Origin: a virus
Taxonomy: Duplodnaviria > Caudoviricetes
IMG/VR virus record: IMGVR_UViG_3300033066_001786
Span: 1-64,000 of that record
Direction: 5' to 3' (one strand)
Length of the DNA: 64,000 nucleotides
A program made the translations under genes and the position numbers. Shown here piece after piece: positions 39,149 through 48,847 of this stretch (within the stretch, counting starts at the first letter, position 1; every line of letters starts with the position of its first letter). The notes beneath the pieces were generated by a model. That model made no database searches. It had not been told where the DNA came from and saw only the letters and a program-made list of their open reading frames with translations.

Positions 39149-39339
39149 TGGTTACTAGGTTTGAAACAGATATACCTTCTACTTTTTATAACGACTATAA
39201 AAAGAAGTTAAAAGATAAGAATATAACAGTAGGTGTTAATTTCGCCAAAAAGACACTTTATTTTCTAGTTACAAACTCAAAAGAAGCAATGTTATTAAAA
39301 TTAAAAGGCAACGAAGCATTTAAAGAATGGCTAAATTAG
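39148..39339 (+). CDS. Hypothetical protein
   Basis: 63-aa ORF coupled to neighbours. Confidence 0.5.
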   Translation: MVTRFETDIPSTFYNDYKKKLKDKNITVGVNFAKKTLYFLVTNSKEAMLLKLKGNEAFKEWLN

Positions 39340-39779
39340 ATTTAAAACAAGTTTTACAAAAAGCAGATTGCAACGACTACGGCTTTTACAGTAAATTAGA
39401 AGCAGACGAAAAGAAAGAAATTTCACCTTGGGTTCTTATGCGCTTCATGAGTAGTTGTAGCGGAGTATACCCGGAGCACTATTTACTTTGTGTAAACGAT
39501 ATTGTAAATTGCGATTTTAATACATTATCAAAACATAAAGAATTACAATGGAAATTATTATCTGTGTGCGGAGTAGGTAATAAACAGTACCACCCGTGGA
39601 TTGCCCCAGGTAAAGGGCAAAAAAAGAATAAAATAGAACTATTTGTGTTAGAACTGTATCCGCATTTTAAGAACGACGATATAGAATTATTTTTGTTAAA
39701 ACACACAGTTGATGACTTGATATTGTTGGCTAAACAACACGGTTACAGTGATGATGAAATTGAAAATTTCACAAAATGA
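39327..39779 (+). CDS. Clamp loader small subunit-like (gp62-like)
   Basis: SPWVLMRFMS...VN...H..LQW.LL...(Y)HPWI pattern; replication block. Confidence 0.6.
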   Translation: MAKLDLKQVLQKADCNDYGFYSKLEADEKKEISPWVLMRFMSSCSGVYPEHYLLCVNDIVNCDFNTLSKHKELQWKLLSVCGVGNKQYHPWIAPGKGQKKNKIELFVLELYPHFKNDDIELFLLKHTVDDLILLAKQHGYSDDEIENFTK

Positions 39780-40443
39780 GTGTAAGTTCTGTAAGAAAAC
39801 TTTTTCAACTGAGAGGACTCTTTCGGTTCATAAGTGCGTAAAGAAACAGCGATATTTAGACAAAGACACAGTTGGCAGCAAGTTAGGGTTTAGGGTATAC
39901 CAACGTTTTTATGAATTGTCAACTGTAACTAAGAACCCTAAATCTTTCCTTGATTTTATAGATAGCAAATACTACCTCTCTTTTATAAAATTTGGGCGAC
40001 ACTTAGTTGATTTAAATCCAGTTGATACAAATTCGTTTGTTGATTATGTTATTATGGAAGGTGTAAGATTAGACGACTGGTGTAAAGATAAGGTGTATTA
40101 CGCATTCCTTAAAAAGTTCATTGAGAATGAATCAGTTGATAGGGCACTTGAGCGTACAATATTAGAAATGGAAAACTGGTGTAATATAAATAACACACAG
40201 CTTGTAGATTTCTTCTCAGATATAGGCACAATAGAAGCTACTTTTTTAATAAGAAGTGGAAAAATTAGTCCATGGGTGTTATATATATCGAATACTTCTT
40301 CGAATTTATTAAACCAGATGACAACTGAACAAGGTAATATGCTAAAAGAAGTAATAGACCCATTATTCTGGGCTGACATATTTTCTAAAAAAACCAACGA
40401 TGTGCAATTTGCTAAACAAGTATTGGAAGCGGCAAAATTATGA
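39748..40443 (+). CDS. Hypothetical protein with N-terminal C2HC zinc finger
   Basis: CKFCKKTF..E.TL..H.C; GKISPW. Confidence 0.65.
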   Translation: MMMKLKISQNECKFCKKTFSTERTLSVHKCVKKQRYLDKDTVGSKLGFRVYQRFYELSTVTKNPKSFLDFIDSKYYLSFIKFGRHLVDLNPVDTNSFVDYVIMEGVRLDDWCKDKVYYAFLKKFIENESVDRALERTILEMENWCNINNTQLVDFFSDIGTIEATFLIRSGKISPWVLYISNTSSNLLNQMTTEQGNMLKEVIDPLFWADIFSKKTNDVQFAKQVLEAAKL

Positions 40444-41033
40444 TATATCAAGTATACGATACTGACGTAGACATCGATATATTACATCGAGATAAGGCAT
40501 TGGAATTATTTCCAAGTGCTGTCCCATCGATGATACTAAAAGACGATAAATGCACAAAACATAATTCCGGTGTTTATTTCCAAGATATGTACGTTGACCC
40601 ATATACTAATATAAGTACGATAGACTATAAAGATGCTGAGAATTTTGGATTTTTTAAAATTGATTTCTTAACAAACACTTTCTACGAAGGCGTTAAAGAT
40701 GAAAAACATCTTGTAAAATTAATAAATGAAGAACCAGATTGGGATTTATTAATGTACGAAGAGGTTGTTAGCAACCTTTTTCAGATTAGTAATTATTACA
40801 ACTTAATAGTTCAGAAGAAGCCAAAATCAGTTGAAGAATTGGCAATGTTTATTGCATTATTACGCCCTGGAAAAGCACAGTATAAGAATTTAACCTGGGA
40901 AGAAATATCTAAAGTTATATGGGTTAAAGATAACAACGAAAAATATCATTTTAAGAAAAGCCACAGTATAGCTTATGCAACAGTTATTGTGGTTCAATTA
41001 AATTTGTTAAAAGATCTTACTTCTGCTTCTTAA
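40440..41033 (+). CDS. Miniature DNA polymerase III alpha (DnaE)-like protein, 197 aa
   Basis: DVDID, KHNSGVY, FFKIDFL, LFQI, LLRPG, FKKSHSIAYA in the DnaE order. Confidence 0.75.
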   Translation: MIYQVYDTDVDIDILHRDKALELFPSAVPSMILKDDKCTKHNSGVYFQDMYVDPYTNISTIDYKDAENFGFFKIDFLTNTFYEGVKDEKHLVKLINEEPDWDLLMYEEVVSNLFQISNYYNLIVQKKPKSVEELAMFIALLRPGKAQYKNLTWEEISKVIWVKDNNEKYHFKKSHSIAYATVIVVQLNLLKDLTSAS

Positions 41034-41376
41034 CTAAGGATATGTGCCGTCTTTTTACTCTTCGCTGTAGTATATCGTTTAAAGAAGTGCAAGGACCGAC
41101 TATATCTTCTATATCCTTCCTTGGTATATTTTTAATACAATATCTAAATTTACGCATTTCTTCTCCAACGAAAATAGATATTGGTAATAAACGATTAGAT
41201 TCGTTCCACCAGTTATCGCCGTGTTTTAAAAATTCTTCTTTGTGTGAGGCTTTTACAGTTGCAAAATCGTAAAAACTTAACATTTCGTCATCTGAATTTA
41301 AAATTATACCTACTAGCTCTTCTTCTAGGTATTTAACTATGCTTAAAAATGGAAATGCGCTTAAAATATCACTCAT
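41017..41376 (-). CDS. Hypothetical protein
   Basis: 119-aa minus-strand ORF with its own GATAAATA (41382-41389); WW.ESNR..PI motif. Confidence 0.7.
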   Translation of the reverse strand: MSDILSAFPFLSIVKYLEEELVGIILNSDDEMLSFYDFATVKASHKEEFLKHGDNWWNESNRLLPISIFVGEEMRKFRYCIKNIPRKDIEDIVGPCTSLNDILQRRVKRRHISLVKKQK

Positions 41377-41412
41377 ACCTTTATTTATCTTTTTAAAAAC
41401 CGATAAGCCAAT

Positions 41413-41441
41413 TTGCGGAATAAGTTATAATGTTGTATACT
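41413..41441 (+). promoter_or_regulatory. Sigma70-like promoter of the primase-helicase genes
   Basis: TTGCGG-N17-TATACT. Confidence 0.5.
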
Positions 41442-41464
41442 GTGAAAAATAAGAATAATAGAAT

Positions 41465-42481
41465 GTGATAATAGACGACCTTAAAAATCATATAACTTCT
41501 CGTGTACCGGGTCTTAAAGATTCTAAGCGATGGAAAAAAGCAAATTGCCCTGTTTGTAGTTTGCGAGGGGAATCTATTGACAAAAGAAGAAGGTTCGGTG
41601 TTATTTTTCAAGATGATAAAGTAGGTCTCCATTGTTTCAATTGTAAGTTCAAAGCCAGATATACCAACGGAGAGCACATATCTAAAGATATGTGCTGGTT
41701 CTTATCCGCAGTAGGTGTTGATTTCCATGAAATAGAAAGATTGAAATTTAATTCAAATCATCAACTATATAAGAATGGTTCTGTTTTAATTAAAAGAGAT
41801 AAAAAAAATATAGCCGATGCATGGGGAGAAATTTTATTACCTGAAGGTGCTAATACTTTAGAAAATTTAGCCATATCTGATTGTCAGGATGCTAAATTTA
41901 TAGAAGTGTGTGCTTATGTGATAAATAGAAAGCTCACCTGCTTTGATAAATTAATGTGGACACCGTCCTCGGAACATAACTTAGATCGTAAATTAATGAT
42001 CCCATGTTATTATAAAGATAAGACGTGCGGATACATTGCAAGGTCTTTAACTACAACCACTAAAAACATACCTAAATATTTTAAATCTGTGCCTGATAAT
42101 TTTGTATTTAATTTAGATGCACAACAAGGTAGAAAATATTGTATTTTAAGTGAAGGTGCCCTAGATGCATTAGTAACCGAAGGCATAAGTTGCCTGGGAA
42201 ATAATATAAATCAAGATCAAGCAGACTTAATAAATTCTATGGGAGTTAGTATTATTGTTTGCCCTGACAGGGAAGAATCCGGACAAGGGTTAGTTGACAT
42301 TGCCTTAAAAAACGACTGGGCAGTAAGTTTTCCAAAGTGGGAGAACAATATAAAAGATGCTGCCGAAGCAAATGCAAAATACGGTAAACTGTATACGATA
42401 AAGAGTATACTAGACGGTGCAGAGAATAATAAATTAAAAATAAATGTATTGAGAAAATTGGAGAAGAATAGGTGGAAATAA
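41465..42481 (+). CDS. DNA primase (gp61-like)
   Basis: Zn ribbon CPVC...HCFNC; TOPRIM EGALDA and PDRE; KDA. Confidence 0.88.
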   Translation: MIIDDLKNHITSRVPGLKDSKRWKKANCPVCSLRGESIDKRRRFGVIFQDDKVGLHCFNCKFKARYTNGEHISKDMCWFLSAVGVDFHEIERLKFNSNHQLYKNGSVLIKRDKKNIADAWGEILLPEGANTLENLAISDCQDAKFIEVCAYVINRKLTCFDKLMWTPSSEHNLDRKLMIPCYYKDKTCGYIARSLTTTTKNIPKYFKSVPDNFVFNLDAQQGRKYCILSEGALDALVTEGISCLGNNINQDQADLINSMGVSIIVCPDREESGQGLVDIALKNDWAVSFPKWENNIKDAAEANAKYGKLYTIKSILDGAENNKLKINVLRKLEKNRWK

Positions 42482-43857
42482 AGAAATATACAAAAGAAGT
42501 GGAAGATTTATTTATACAATTTTTTATAACAGATCCTGAGATATTCGTAAGGTGTATAGGTATATTAGATAAAGATCATTTCCAAGACCCAACAAATAAA
42601 AAAACCATAGAGTTCATGAAAGAGCATTGCAAGACATACTCTAGGTTACCAACACACGAACAGATGTTTGCCATTACGGGCAAAACAGTAGAAAAAATAC
42701 AAGAGTACGACCCCTCTTACTCTGATTGGTGTTTATTGGAATTTGAAGAATTTTCACGTTACCGTCAGATGGAAAAAGTAATATATAAAGCACCGGATAT
42801 GATTGCAGAAGGAAGGTACGGCGAAGTAGAGAAGCAAATAAAGGATGCAGTGTCAATAGGTCTTGTTAAGGACTTAGGCACGGACTATTTTAGCGACCCG
42901 ATTGCCAGGTTAACAGCTATCCGCGATAATAAGTCGATGATATCCACTGGCTGGAAAACAGTTGATAAAATACTGTATGGCGGGCTTAATAGGGGAGAGC
43001 TAACTATATTTTGTGCGCAATCGGGGCACGGAAAGAGCATTTATTTGCAGAATCTAGCTGTTAACTATGCACAGCAGGGGCTGAATGTAGTTTACATTAC
43101 ACTGGAGCTTAGTGAAAACCTTTGTTCTATGCGTTTAGACGCTATGACTACTGGATATGCAACTACAGAAATTATGAGAAACATGGAAGATGTTGCCCTT
43201 AAGGTATCAAGCTTTAAGAAAAGACACGGTGGCACATTGCGCATAAAGCAGTTAAAGAATAACTGCACATCTAATGATATTAAAGCATATATCAAAGAAT
43301 ATGAAACACAAACTAAAGTTAAAGTCGATGTTATTATAGTTGATTATTTAGATTTGTGTATGCCGTCTGATATACGTATATCCCCTTCTGATTTGTTTGT
43401 TAAGGACAAGTATGTAAGTGAGAATTTAAGGGCATTAGCGATAGAGCTAAATGTCATCTTACTTACAGCGAGTCAATTAAACCGTTCTGCCGGCGAATCA
43501 ATCGAATTTGGCCAACATCACATAGCAGGTGGCAAGTCTAAGATAGATACAGCAGATAATGTAATAGCCATATTTACAACAGCAGCAATGAAAGAACAAG
43601 GCAGATATCAATTACAGTTTATTAAGACTCGTTCGAGTTCAGGTGTGGGTACGTTTTTAGATATGATATTTAATACTAAAACCCTAAGAGTTGAAGATAT
43701 GCCGGAAGGTGCACCTGGATCGGTAGCGATGCAAACTACAAATGTATTAGATACGTTAAAAAGAAACAATAATATGGTTTCTAAAACAGAAGAAAAGGAC
43801 AAAAGCCCATTAAAAGGTGCAATGGATTTGCAAAGCATACTACGTAATATTAAATAA
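42472..43857 (+). CDS. Replicative DnaB-like helicase (gp41-like)
   Basis: STGW..VD..L.GG, AQSGHGKS, ITLEL, IVDYLD, TASQLNR, KTR. Confidence 0.93.
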   Translation: MEIKKYTKEVEDLFIQFFITDPEIFVRCIGILDKDHFQDPTNKKTIEFMKEHCKTYSRLPTHEQMFAITGKTVEKIQEYDPSYSDWCLLEFEEFSRYRQMEKVIYKAPDMIAEGRYGEVEKQIKDAVSIGLVKDLGTDYFSDPIARLTAIRDNKSMISTGWKTVDKILYGGLNRGELTIFCAQSGHGKSIYLQNLAVNYAQQGLNVVYITLELSENLCSMRLDAMTTGYATTEIMRNMEDVALKVSSFKKRHGGTLRIKQLKNNCTSNDIKAYIKEYETQTKVKVDVIIVDYLDLCMPSDIRISPSDLFVKDKYVSENLRALAIELNVILLTASQLNRSAGESIEFGQHHIAGGKSKIDTADNVIAIFTTAAMKEQGRYQLQFIKTRSSSGVGTFLDMIFNTKTLRVEDMPEGAPGSVAMQTTNVLDTLKRNNNMVSKTEEKDKSPLKGAMDLQSILRNIK

Positions 43858-43875
43858 GTTTTTGATAAATACTAG

Positions 43876-44484
43876 ATGCGACTACAAGACCTAATATGTG
43901 AATCTACAAATCAACCGTTAGTTATAGTTGATATACAGCCTGCTTATAGTAAATATATTGGCTTTAATATTCATCAGTTTTTTTCCTTTGTGGGCAACTA
44001 TAAGGGAAAAATTCTGTGGATGTACAATTCCGAAGAAGAAGGTTTTACCGAAGATAGTCAACATTCTATGGTTGAATGGCTATATGATAACAACCTTGAT
44101 ATACACGAACATAGTAATATTAAACTATTCTCTAAAGGGTATGGTAATTTTAGAAGTTGGATAGATTACGGTATAGACGACGATATAATAATTCAAGTTA
44201 TACGGGAATTAGTTGCCCAGAACAAAAACGATAGTAGAGAATTATTCGGCCGAGATGAAGACAAAATAGATAAATATTTCGCTGCATTAGGTATGGCAGA
44301 AGATGATATACAGATGGCAAAAGACGATGCTATTCATTTAGCTTATGTGTGTATTCCTACGTTAAAATCTTATAATAATTGTACTTTAGTTGGCGGCGGT
44401 AGAAATGAGTGCCTAGCAGAAATGGTTCTTTTGTTTGACGCACTAAGAATTAAATACAAACTTTTAAATCAATTCATATACTAA
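43876..44484 (+). CDS. Isochorismatase/cysteine-hydrolase-like protein
   Basis: LVIVDIQP, FSKGYG, LVGGGRNECL (candidate Asp-Lys-Cys triad); GATAAATA at 43864-43871. Confidence 0.6.
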   Translation: MRLQDLICESTNQPLVIVDIQPAYSKYIGFNIHQFFSFVGNYKGKILWMYNSEEEGFTEDSQHSMVEWLYDNNLDIHEHSNIKLFSKGYGNFRSWIDYGIDDDIIIQVIRELVAQNKNDSRELFGRDEDKIDKYFAALGMAEDDIQMAKDDAIHLAYVCIPTLKSYNNCTLVGGGRNECLAEMVLLFDALRIKYKLLNQFIY

Positions 44485-44491
44485 GGCTATA

Positions 44492-44728
44492 ATGAAAGGC
44501 ACAATATTTGAAGAATTAAGTAAATATGTACCTACTAAATCGTTAAGCGATGCAGTTGAAGCTAAAGCCAACCACATTATTGTATCTGCTATTAATTTAA
44601 TAGAGTACATATATGAGAATTTCCCCGAAGAACAAGCACAGTTAATGGAAAAGCGTTTCTTTAGTAGTATTAAAGGAAAGGATCCTGCTAGATTTAAAAG
44701 GGCATCCAAATTAGATAAAGGTGAATAA
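44492..44728 (+). CDS. Hypothetical phage protein
   Basis: A.HII.SAINLIE.I...R...SIK..DP.RF.R pattern. Confidence 0.65.
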   Translation: MKGTIFEELSKYVPTKSLSDAVEAKANHIIVSAINLIEYIYENFPEEQAQLMEKRFFSSIKGKDPARFKRASKLDKGE

Positions 44729-45049
44729 GTGGCTGAGATCTTAAACCCTAAAGTTAGAGAATTAATAAAAGGCTGGTTACTCTATTTAAAGACTAACAAC
44801 ATAGGCGAACCCGAAGATACCGATTTGAAGAAATATCTTTCGACTAAGGGATATGATGCAAAGTTATTGGATAATTTAATTGCTAAGTTACCCGAAAAGA
44901 AACCAGAAATTGGAAACGAACCTCAACCAGAAGAAAATAAAGAGGTGGAATTAAATCCTGTGCAGAAAAGTTTACTTGGCAAGTTAGATGGTTTTTTCAG
45001 AAGTCTTAAATTGGACGACTTAAAGGCTATCATGAAGGGGCTTCAATGA
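44729..45049 (+). CDS. Hypothetical protein
   Basis: 106-aa ORF abutting neighbours. Confidence 0.6.
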   Translation: MAEILNPKVRELIKGWLLYLKTNNIGEPEDTDLKKYLSTKGYDAKLLDNLIAKLPEKKPEIGNEPQPEENKEVELNPVQKSLLGKLDGFFRSLKLDDLKAIMKGLQ

Positions 45050-46488
45050 AAGAACATTTATTATTAATAGAACACTTTGAAGATTTAAATCGTATAGATC
45101 TTATTATAAACGAATCTTTTTTAGTAGAATATAATTCTCACACTACTTTAAATATTGCAGAAATAGAAGAGATATTCAAAGCCGCTGCCAAGTATGTTGA
45201 AAACGGTGCAGTGCAAGATGTTATTGCGGGCACTAAAGCACAATCTAAAAAAGTATACGATTCTATTAAAAATAAAATATCTCAACATAAAACAAATAAG
45301 CAAGACAAAGCTTTTTTAGTTGACTTAAAGAGAATATCTCCGGATTTAAAAAAGAAAATCGTGCAAGATGGACTGAGCGGAAATTTACCAACCATAGTGA
45401 CTAAGCTTGAAAATTTAGTAACTGCCGATGTCACACAAGCACCTATGGTTTATTCTCTTTTAAAGAGTGTAGATGCCGCATTAGAAGACGGCAACGTTGA
45501 TTATGCAAAAGATGCGCTTGTGCAAATGGCCAAAGATTACCTGGGAGAATCTGTAGTATTAAAAGAAGGGCCTGCAAGCTTGTTCCATACTTTAAAAAAG
45601 AATGTAAGGCTCAATCAAAAAAAGGCATCCTACGAACAAATTTTAAAATATTGGGAAAAAAGCGGAAGCCCAAGAGATAGTAATTCGATTATAAGTATGC
45701 TCGAAGAGTTGTTAGGATTAAGCAAAAACGAAATTGCAACGATATTTCAACGTGCAGGAAAAGTAGAAAGAAACGCCGATGCTAGATATTCTAATGTAGT
45801 AAATCGAATTAAAGATTCAGGAATTCAAAAACAAGCATACGATCTTGCAGATAAGATATTAAAAGACAAAGAGTCGGTTTTTTCTGAATCCTTAAATGAA
45901 ATGAAAATAGATAATGCAGATATTAGAAAACTATTTATTGAACTCGAACCTAACTCAACTGAATCTAAAGAACAGCTAGCAAAAGATAAAGAAAAAGCAC
46001 ATGTTGTTATGGGTAATTATGTTAAGAAGTGGAAAATTGCTTTTGATAAAATACAAGAAAAGAATCAAAAAATGCAAATGATAAAAGAAATAGTTAACTT
46101 CTTAGCAGATAGGCACGGCACTGCCGAGTGGCAAAACTATAGTAAATTTGTACAGAATTTAATAAAGCAAGAACAAACAGTAGGCGACAAAAAGGGATAC
46201 GATGCATTAAAAACTAGCCTGGGGTTAATTAATAAGATTAAGGATCCCGACGAAAGAAATAAACAGAAATCAAGGGTTATGTCTAAGATGAACTCTTTGC
46301 GGAAGTCTGCAAATTCCCAAGATGTACAATATAATGATTTTTTAAATGCTGCAATCGCATCTATTGCTGCTGGAAAATTAATGGAGTCTAAATTAGTAGT
46401 ACCTGGATCCGGTTTAGGACTAAAAGAGTTTTTTACATTATTAGTAGAATCAAGCAATAATATAAATTTAGGAAGATTTAAGAAATGA
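45046..46488 (+). CDS. Hypothetical helical protein, probably head-associated
   Basis: 480 aa; INES, LKEG, LNEM and LVES motifs; shares a module with the 1228-aa protein. Confidence 0.6.
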   Translation: MKEHLLLIEHFEDLNRIDLIINESFLVEYNSHTTLNIAEIEEIFKAAAKYVENGAVQDVIAGTKAQSKKVYDSIKNKISQHKTNKQDKAFLVDLKRISPDLKKKIVQDGLSGNLPTIVTKLENLVTADVTQAPMVYSLLKSVDAALEDGNVDYAKDALVQMAKDYLGESVVLKEGPASLFHTLKKNVRLNQKKASYEQILKYWEKSGSPRDSNSIISMLEELLGLSKNEIATIFQRAGKVERNADARYSNVVNRIKDSGIQKQAYDLADKILKDKESVFSESLNEMKIDNADIRKLFIELEPNSTESKEQLAKDKEKAHVVMGNYVKKWKIAFDKIQEKNQKMQMIKEIVNFLADRHGTAEWQNYSKFVQNLIKQEQTVGDKKGYDALKTSLGLINKIKDPDERNKQKSRVMSKMNSLRKSANSQDVQYNDFLNAAIASIAAGKLMESKLVVPGSGLGLKEFFTLLVESSNNINLGRFKK

Positions 46489-47357
46489 AAATGTTCGAAT
46501 CATTATTAGCAGAGTTTGAGAAAAGTTTAAAAGGCGATATTGTGAAAAGTAACCTACAAAAAGACCTTCCTAAGCCAATTAAAGAATACACAGGTTCTTT
46601 TGTAGGTCTTTATAGTAGAGCAATTAATCTTGCTGTAAGAAAAATAGAAACTGGGTTAGAAGAATACGAACGTATGTATGATGTTTCCGAGGAAGCTCTA
46701 CTAAACGATGAAGAATTTCAGCGCGATGTAGTTGACTTGACTTTAGAAGAAATTAACAAATCGTTTAGTAGCAACGATTGGTTTAATTATGACGATTTTA
46801 AAGAAGAAGTAATAGCCAAAGTTAAACAGGATCTTGGGATTATAGTCGAAGATCTAGCCCAGATGCCTAATAATGCATTAACGTCTTGGGTAGTAAATAA
46901 CATAGTAAAGGAAATTAAAACATACCATAACCCAAGTAACAGTTTAGTAGGTTTATTAAAATCTGACAAATTTAAAAATGATGTATTTTACCCATGGATA
47001 GAAGAAGCATTAAAAAAGCCACATCGGAGTAATCCAGCTTTTTGTAACGAAGTTATGGGAGAAGTACAGAAAAAACTTGGGTTAACAGAGGGATACGGTC
47101 GCCCTTCTAATATATACGGCAATTTTTTCAAAGACATTATTCATTTGCCTGCAGTTGCAAAAGTAGTTAAAGATCATGCAACGTCAAACGGGCATGCCTT
47201 TTTAGTTAGAACTAAAGACGGTAATGCATACGAGATAACAGTGACGCCTGCTGCATATGCTAAATATTTTGCCGATGCAAGAAAAGAAGAACAATATAAG
47301 AAAAGAAAAGAAGAAGAAAAACAAAAAGGTACTTTTTTTGGAAAAAATGATAAATAA
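46485..47357 (+). CDS. Hypothetical protein, probably head-associated
   Basis: MKMFESLLAE start; internal KQDLGIIVED and QKKLGLTEG module ends. Confidence 0.6.
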   Translation: MKMFESLLAEFEKSLKGDIVKSNLQKDLPKPIKEYTGSFVGLYSRAINLAVRKIETGLEEYERMYDVSEEALLNDEEFQRDVVDLTLEEINKSFSSNDWFNYDDFKEEVIAKVKQDLGIIVEDLAQMPNNALTSWVVNNIVKEIKTYHNPSNSLVGLLKSDKFKNDVFYPWIEEALKKPHRSNPAFCNEVMGEVQKKLGLTEGYGRPSNIYGNFFKDIIHLPAVAKVVKDHATSNGHAFLVRTKDGNAYEITVTPAAYAKYFADARKEEQYKKRKEEEKQKGTFFGKNDK

Positions 47358-47402
47358 ATATGTAATCGGAAAAACCGATATAAAGTTTAGGAGAATATAA
47401 AA

Positions 47403-47750
47403 ATGGCATCAGCTACAAAAGCAACTTGGGCAGTCCCACAGGATTTGGCCGGTTCTATCGATCACTTGGTTATTACTGTTACTGGCGGCACCGGCGACAT
47501 GACTACTTCTGCAGATTTAGGCGCAGTATTGCGTATTATTCAACAACGTGCTACTACTGTTTTAGCTTATTCACCGTCTGCTTTAATTTTGTATGTAGGC
47601 TTAGAAAATGCAGGCAACCATGCTTGGTTGGTAACTGCAGACGCTGGCGGCGCACACACCGATTCTGGTTCTTTAGCTAACCAAATCAAAGGCGCAATGA
47701 CTGGTTCTTCTGCTGTTACAGTTGTACGCGGTAACTACAAAGTAGCATAA
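47403..47750 (+). CDS. Small Ala/Gly/Thr-rich virion protein (decoration-like)
   Basis: Own GATAAATA (47349-47356), AGGAG RBS, own terminator. Confidence 0.55.
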   Translation: MASATKATWAVPQDLAGSIDHLVITVTGGTGDMTTSADLGAVLRIIQQRATTVLAYSPSALILYVGLENAGNHAWLVTADAGGAHTDSGSLANQIKGAMTGSSAVTVVRGNYKVA

Positions 47751-47761
47751 TAACTACTTTA

Positions 47762-47789
47762 AAGAAAAGGCGCATATGCGCCTTTTCTT
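47762..47789 (+). terminator. Intrinsic terminator, perfect 28-bp palindrome
   Basis: AAGAAAAGGCGCATATGCGCCTTTTCTT. Confidence 0.8.
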
Positions 47790-47835
47790 ATGACTTAAGA
47801 ATCAGATAAATAGTACAAACTTAGAATTAAAGCAT

Positions 47836-48303
47836 ATGTTTAATGTTTGTAAATCAGAATCATTTCAGACCCTGTCTAACGATGTTGAAAGTTATATTGT
47901 TTATACAGTGTGTAGGGGAATATTAAATAAAGACTTTGCAAAATCAGGTGTAGACATCGGAGTCACAGGTAACATCAGAGACACATCGCAAAAGAATTTT
48001 GAAATATTAATACAGTCTGTTGGACTAAGAGCAATGCCTGTTGCAATGACAGATCCGATCATTACTAGTGATTTAGCAATGGCCGGATCTAAGTCGTTTA
48101 ACGGCGAAGGTTATGTATGGAAATTTTCAGTTGACCAAAAAGAAGTTTTTGTGTCAGAAGACAATAATGTGATAAATAATGTTGGGCTTCTAATTGAAGA
48201 AATAAACGGTATAGTTTTAGCAGACGGGACTGTACTTTCAACTAAAGGCAAGTCTAAAAACATCGAGTTTAGAAAATTGGAGGTTAATAGTGGGAATCAA
48301 TGA
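47836..48303 (+). CDS. Hypothetical protein
   Basis: GATAAATA at 47805-47812; 155 aa. Confidence 0.6.
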   Translation: MFNVCKSESFQTLSNDVESYIVYTVCRGILNKDFAKSGVDIGVTGNIRDTSQKNFEILIQSVGLRAMPVAMTDPIITSDLAMAGSKSFNGEGYVWKFSVDQKEVFVSEDNNVINNVGLLIEEINGIVLADGTVLSTKGKSKNIEFRKLEVNSGNQ

Positions 48304-48847
48304 AGGTTTAACACAGATGATACCGAAGCAAGAAAACGAGTTAATGTCTAGATTGACTTTAATGTTCGGTGTACCTGAAGAAAAAATAAGAAAGCTAGTA
48401 TCTTATTTAGATTTCTCTGATTATATAGAACTTGCAAATGCAGTAGAAGCAGAAGACAAAAAGAAAGTATTACGCATATTAGGTGTCGGTGAAAAAATAC
48501 AAGAAATAAGTGCAGACCCGTACCAAAAAGTAGACACTACGCCGCAAAAAACATCAGATAATACAACTACCGACAAAAAACAAGAACAACCTAACTCGAA
48601 TAGTGAGAGTAACGGTGACTTAACTATTAAAGCAGACAAACTTGCAGGTTTAAACCCAGATGAAAAGAAAGAGTTAGAAGATATTAAAAAACTCGCTGGT
48701 CTTCCAACAGACGAAGTAAACGAGACAGCAACAATGGGTGCTATAACACACGGTGCAATGTCCGGTGCAGTAATGCCATTGAACAAACTAAAGAGATTAA
48801 CACATGTCGACAAAAAACCTGGACCAAAAACAGGAAATAAAAAATAA
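48290..48847 (+). CDS. Hypothetical protein, probably head-associated
   Basis: IKKLAGL and VNETATMGA motifs. Confidence 0.55.
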   Translation: MGINEGLTQMIPKQENELMSRLTLMFGVPEEKIRKLVSYLDFSDYIELANAVEAEDKKKVLRILGVGEKIQEISADPYQKVDTTPQKTSDNTTTDKKQEQPNSNSESNGDLTIKADKLAGLNPDEKKELEDIKKLAGLPTDEVNETATMGAITHGAMSGAVMPLNKLKRLTHVDKKPGPKTGNKK

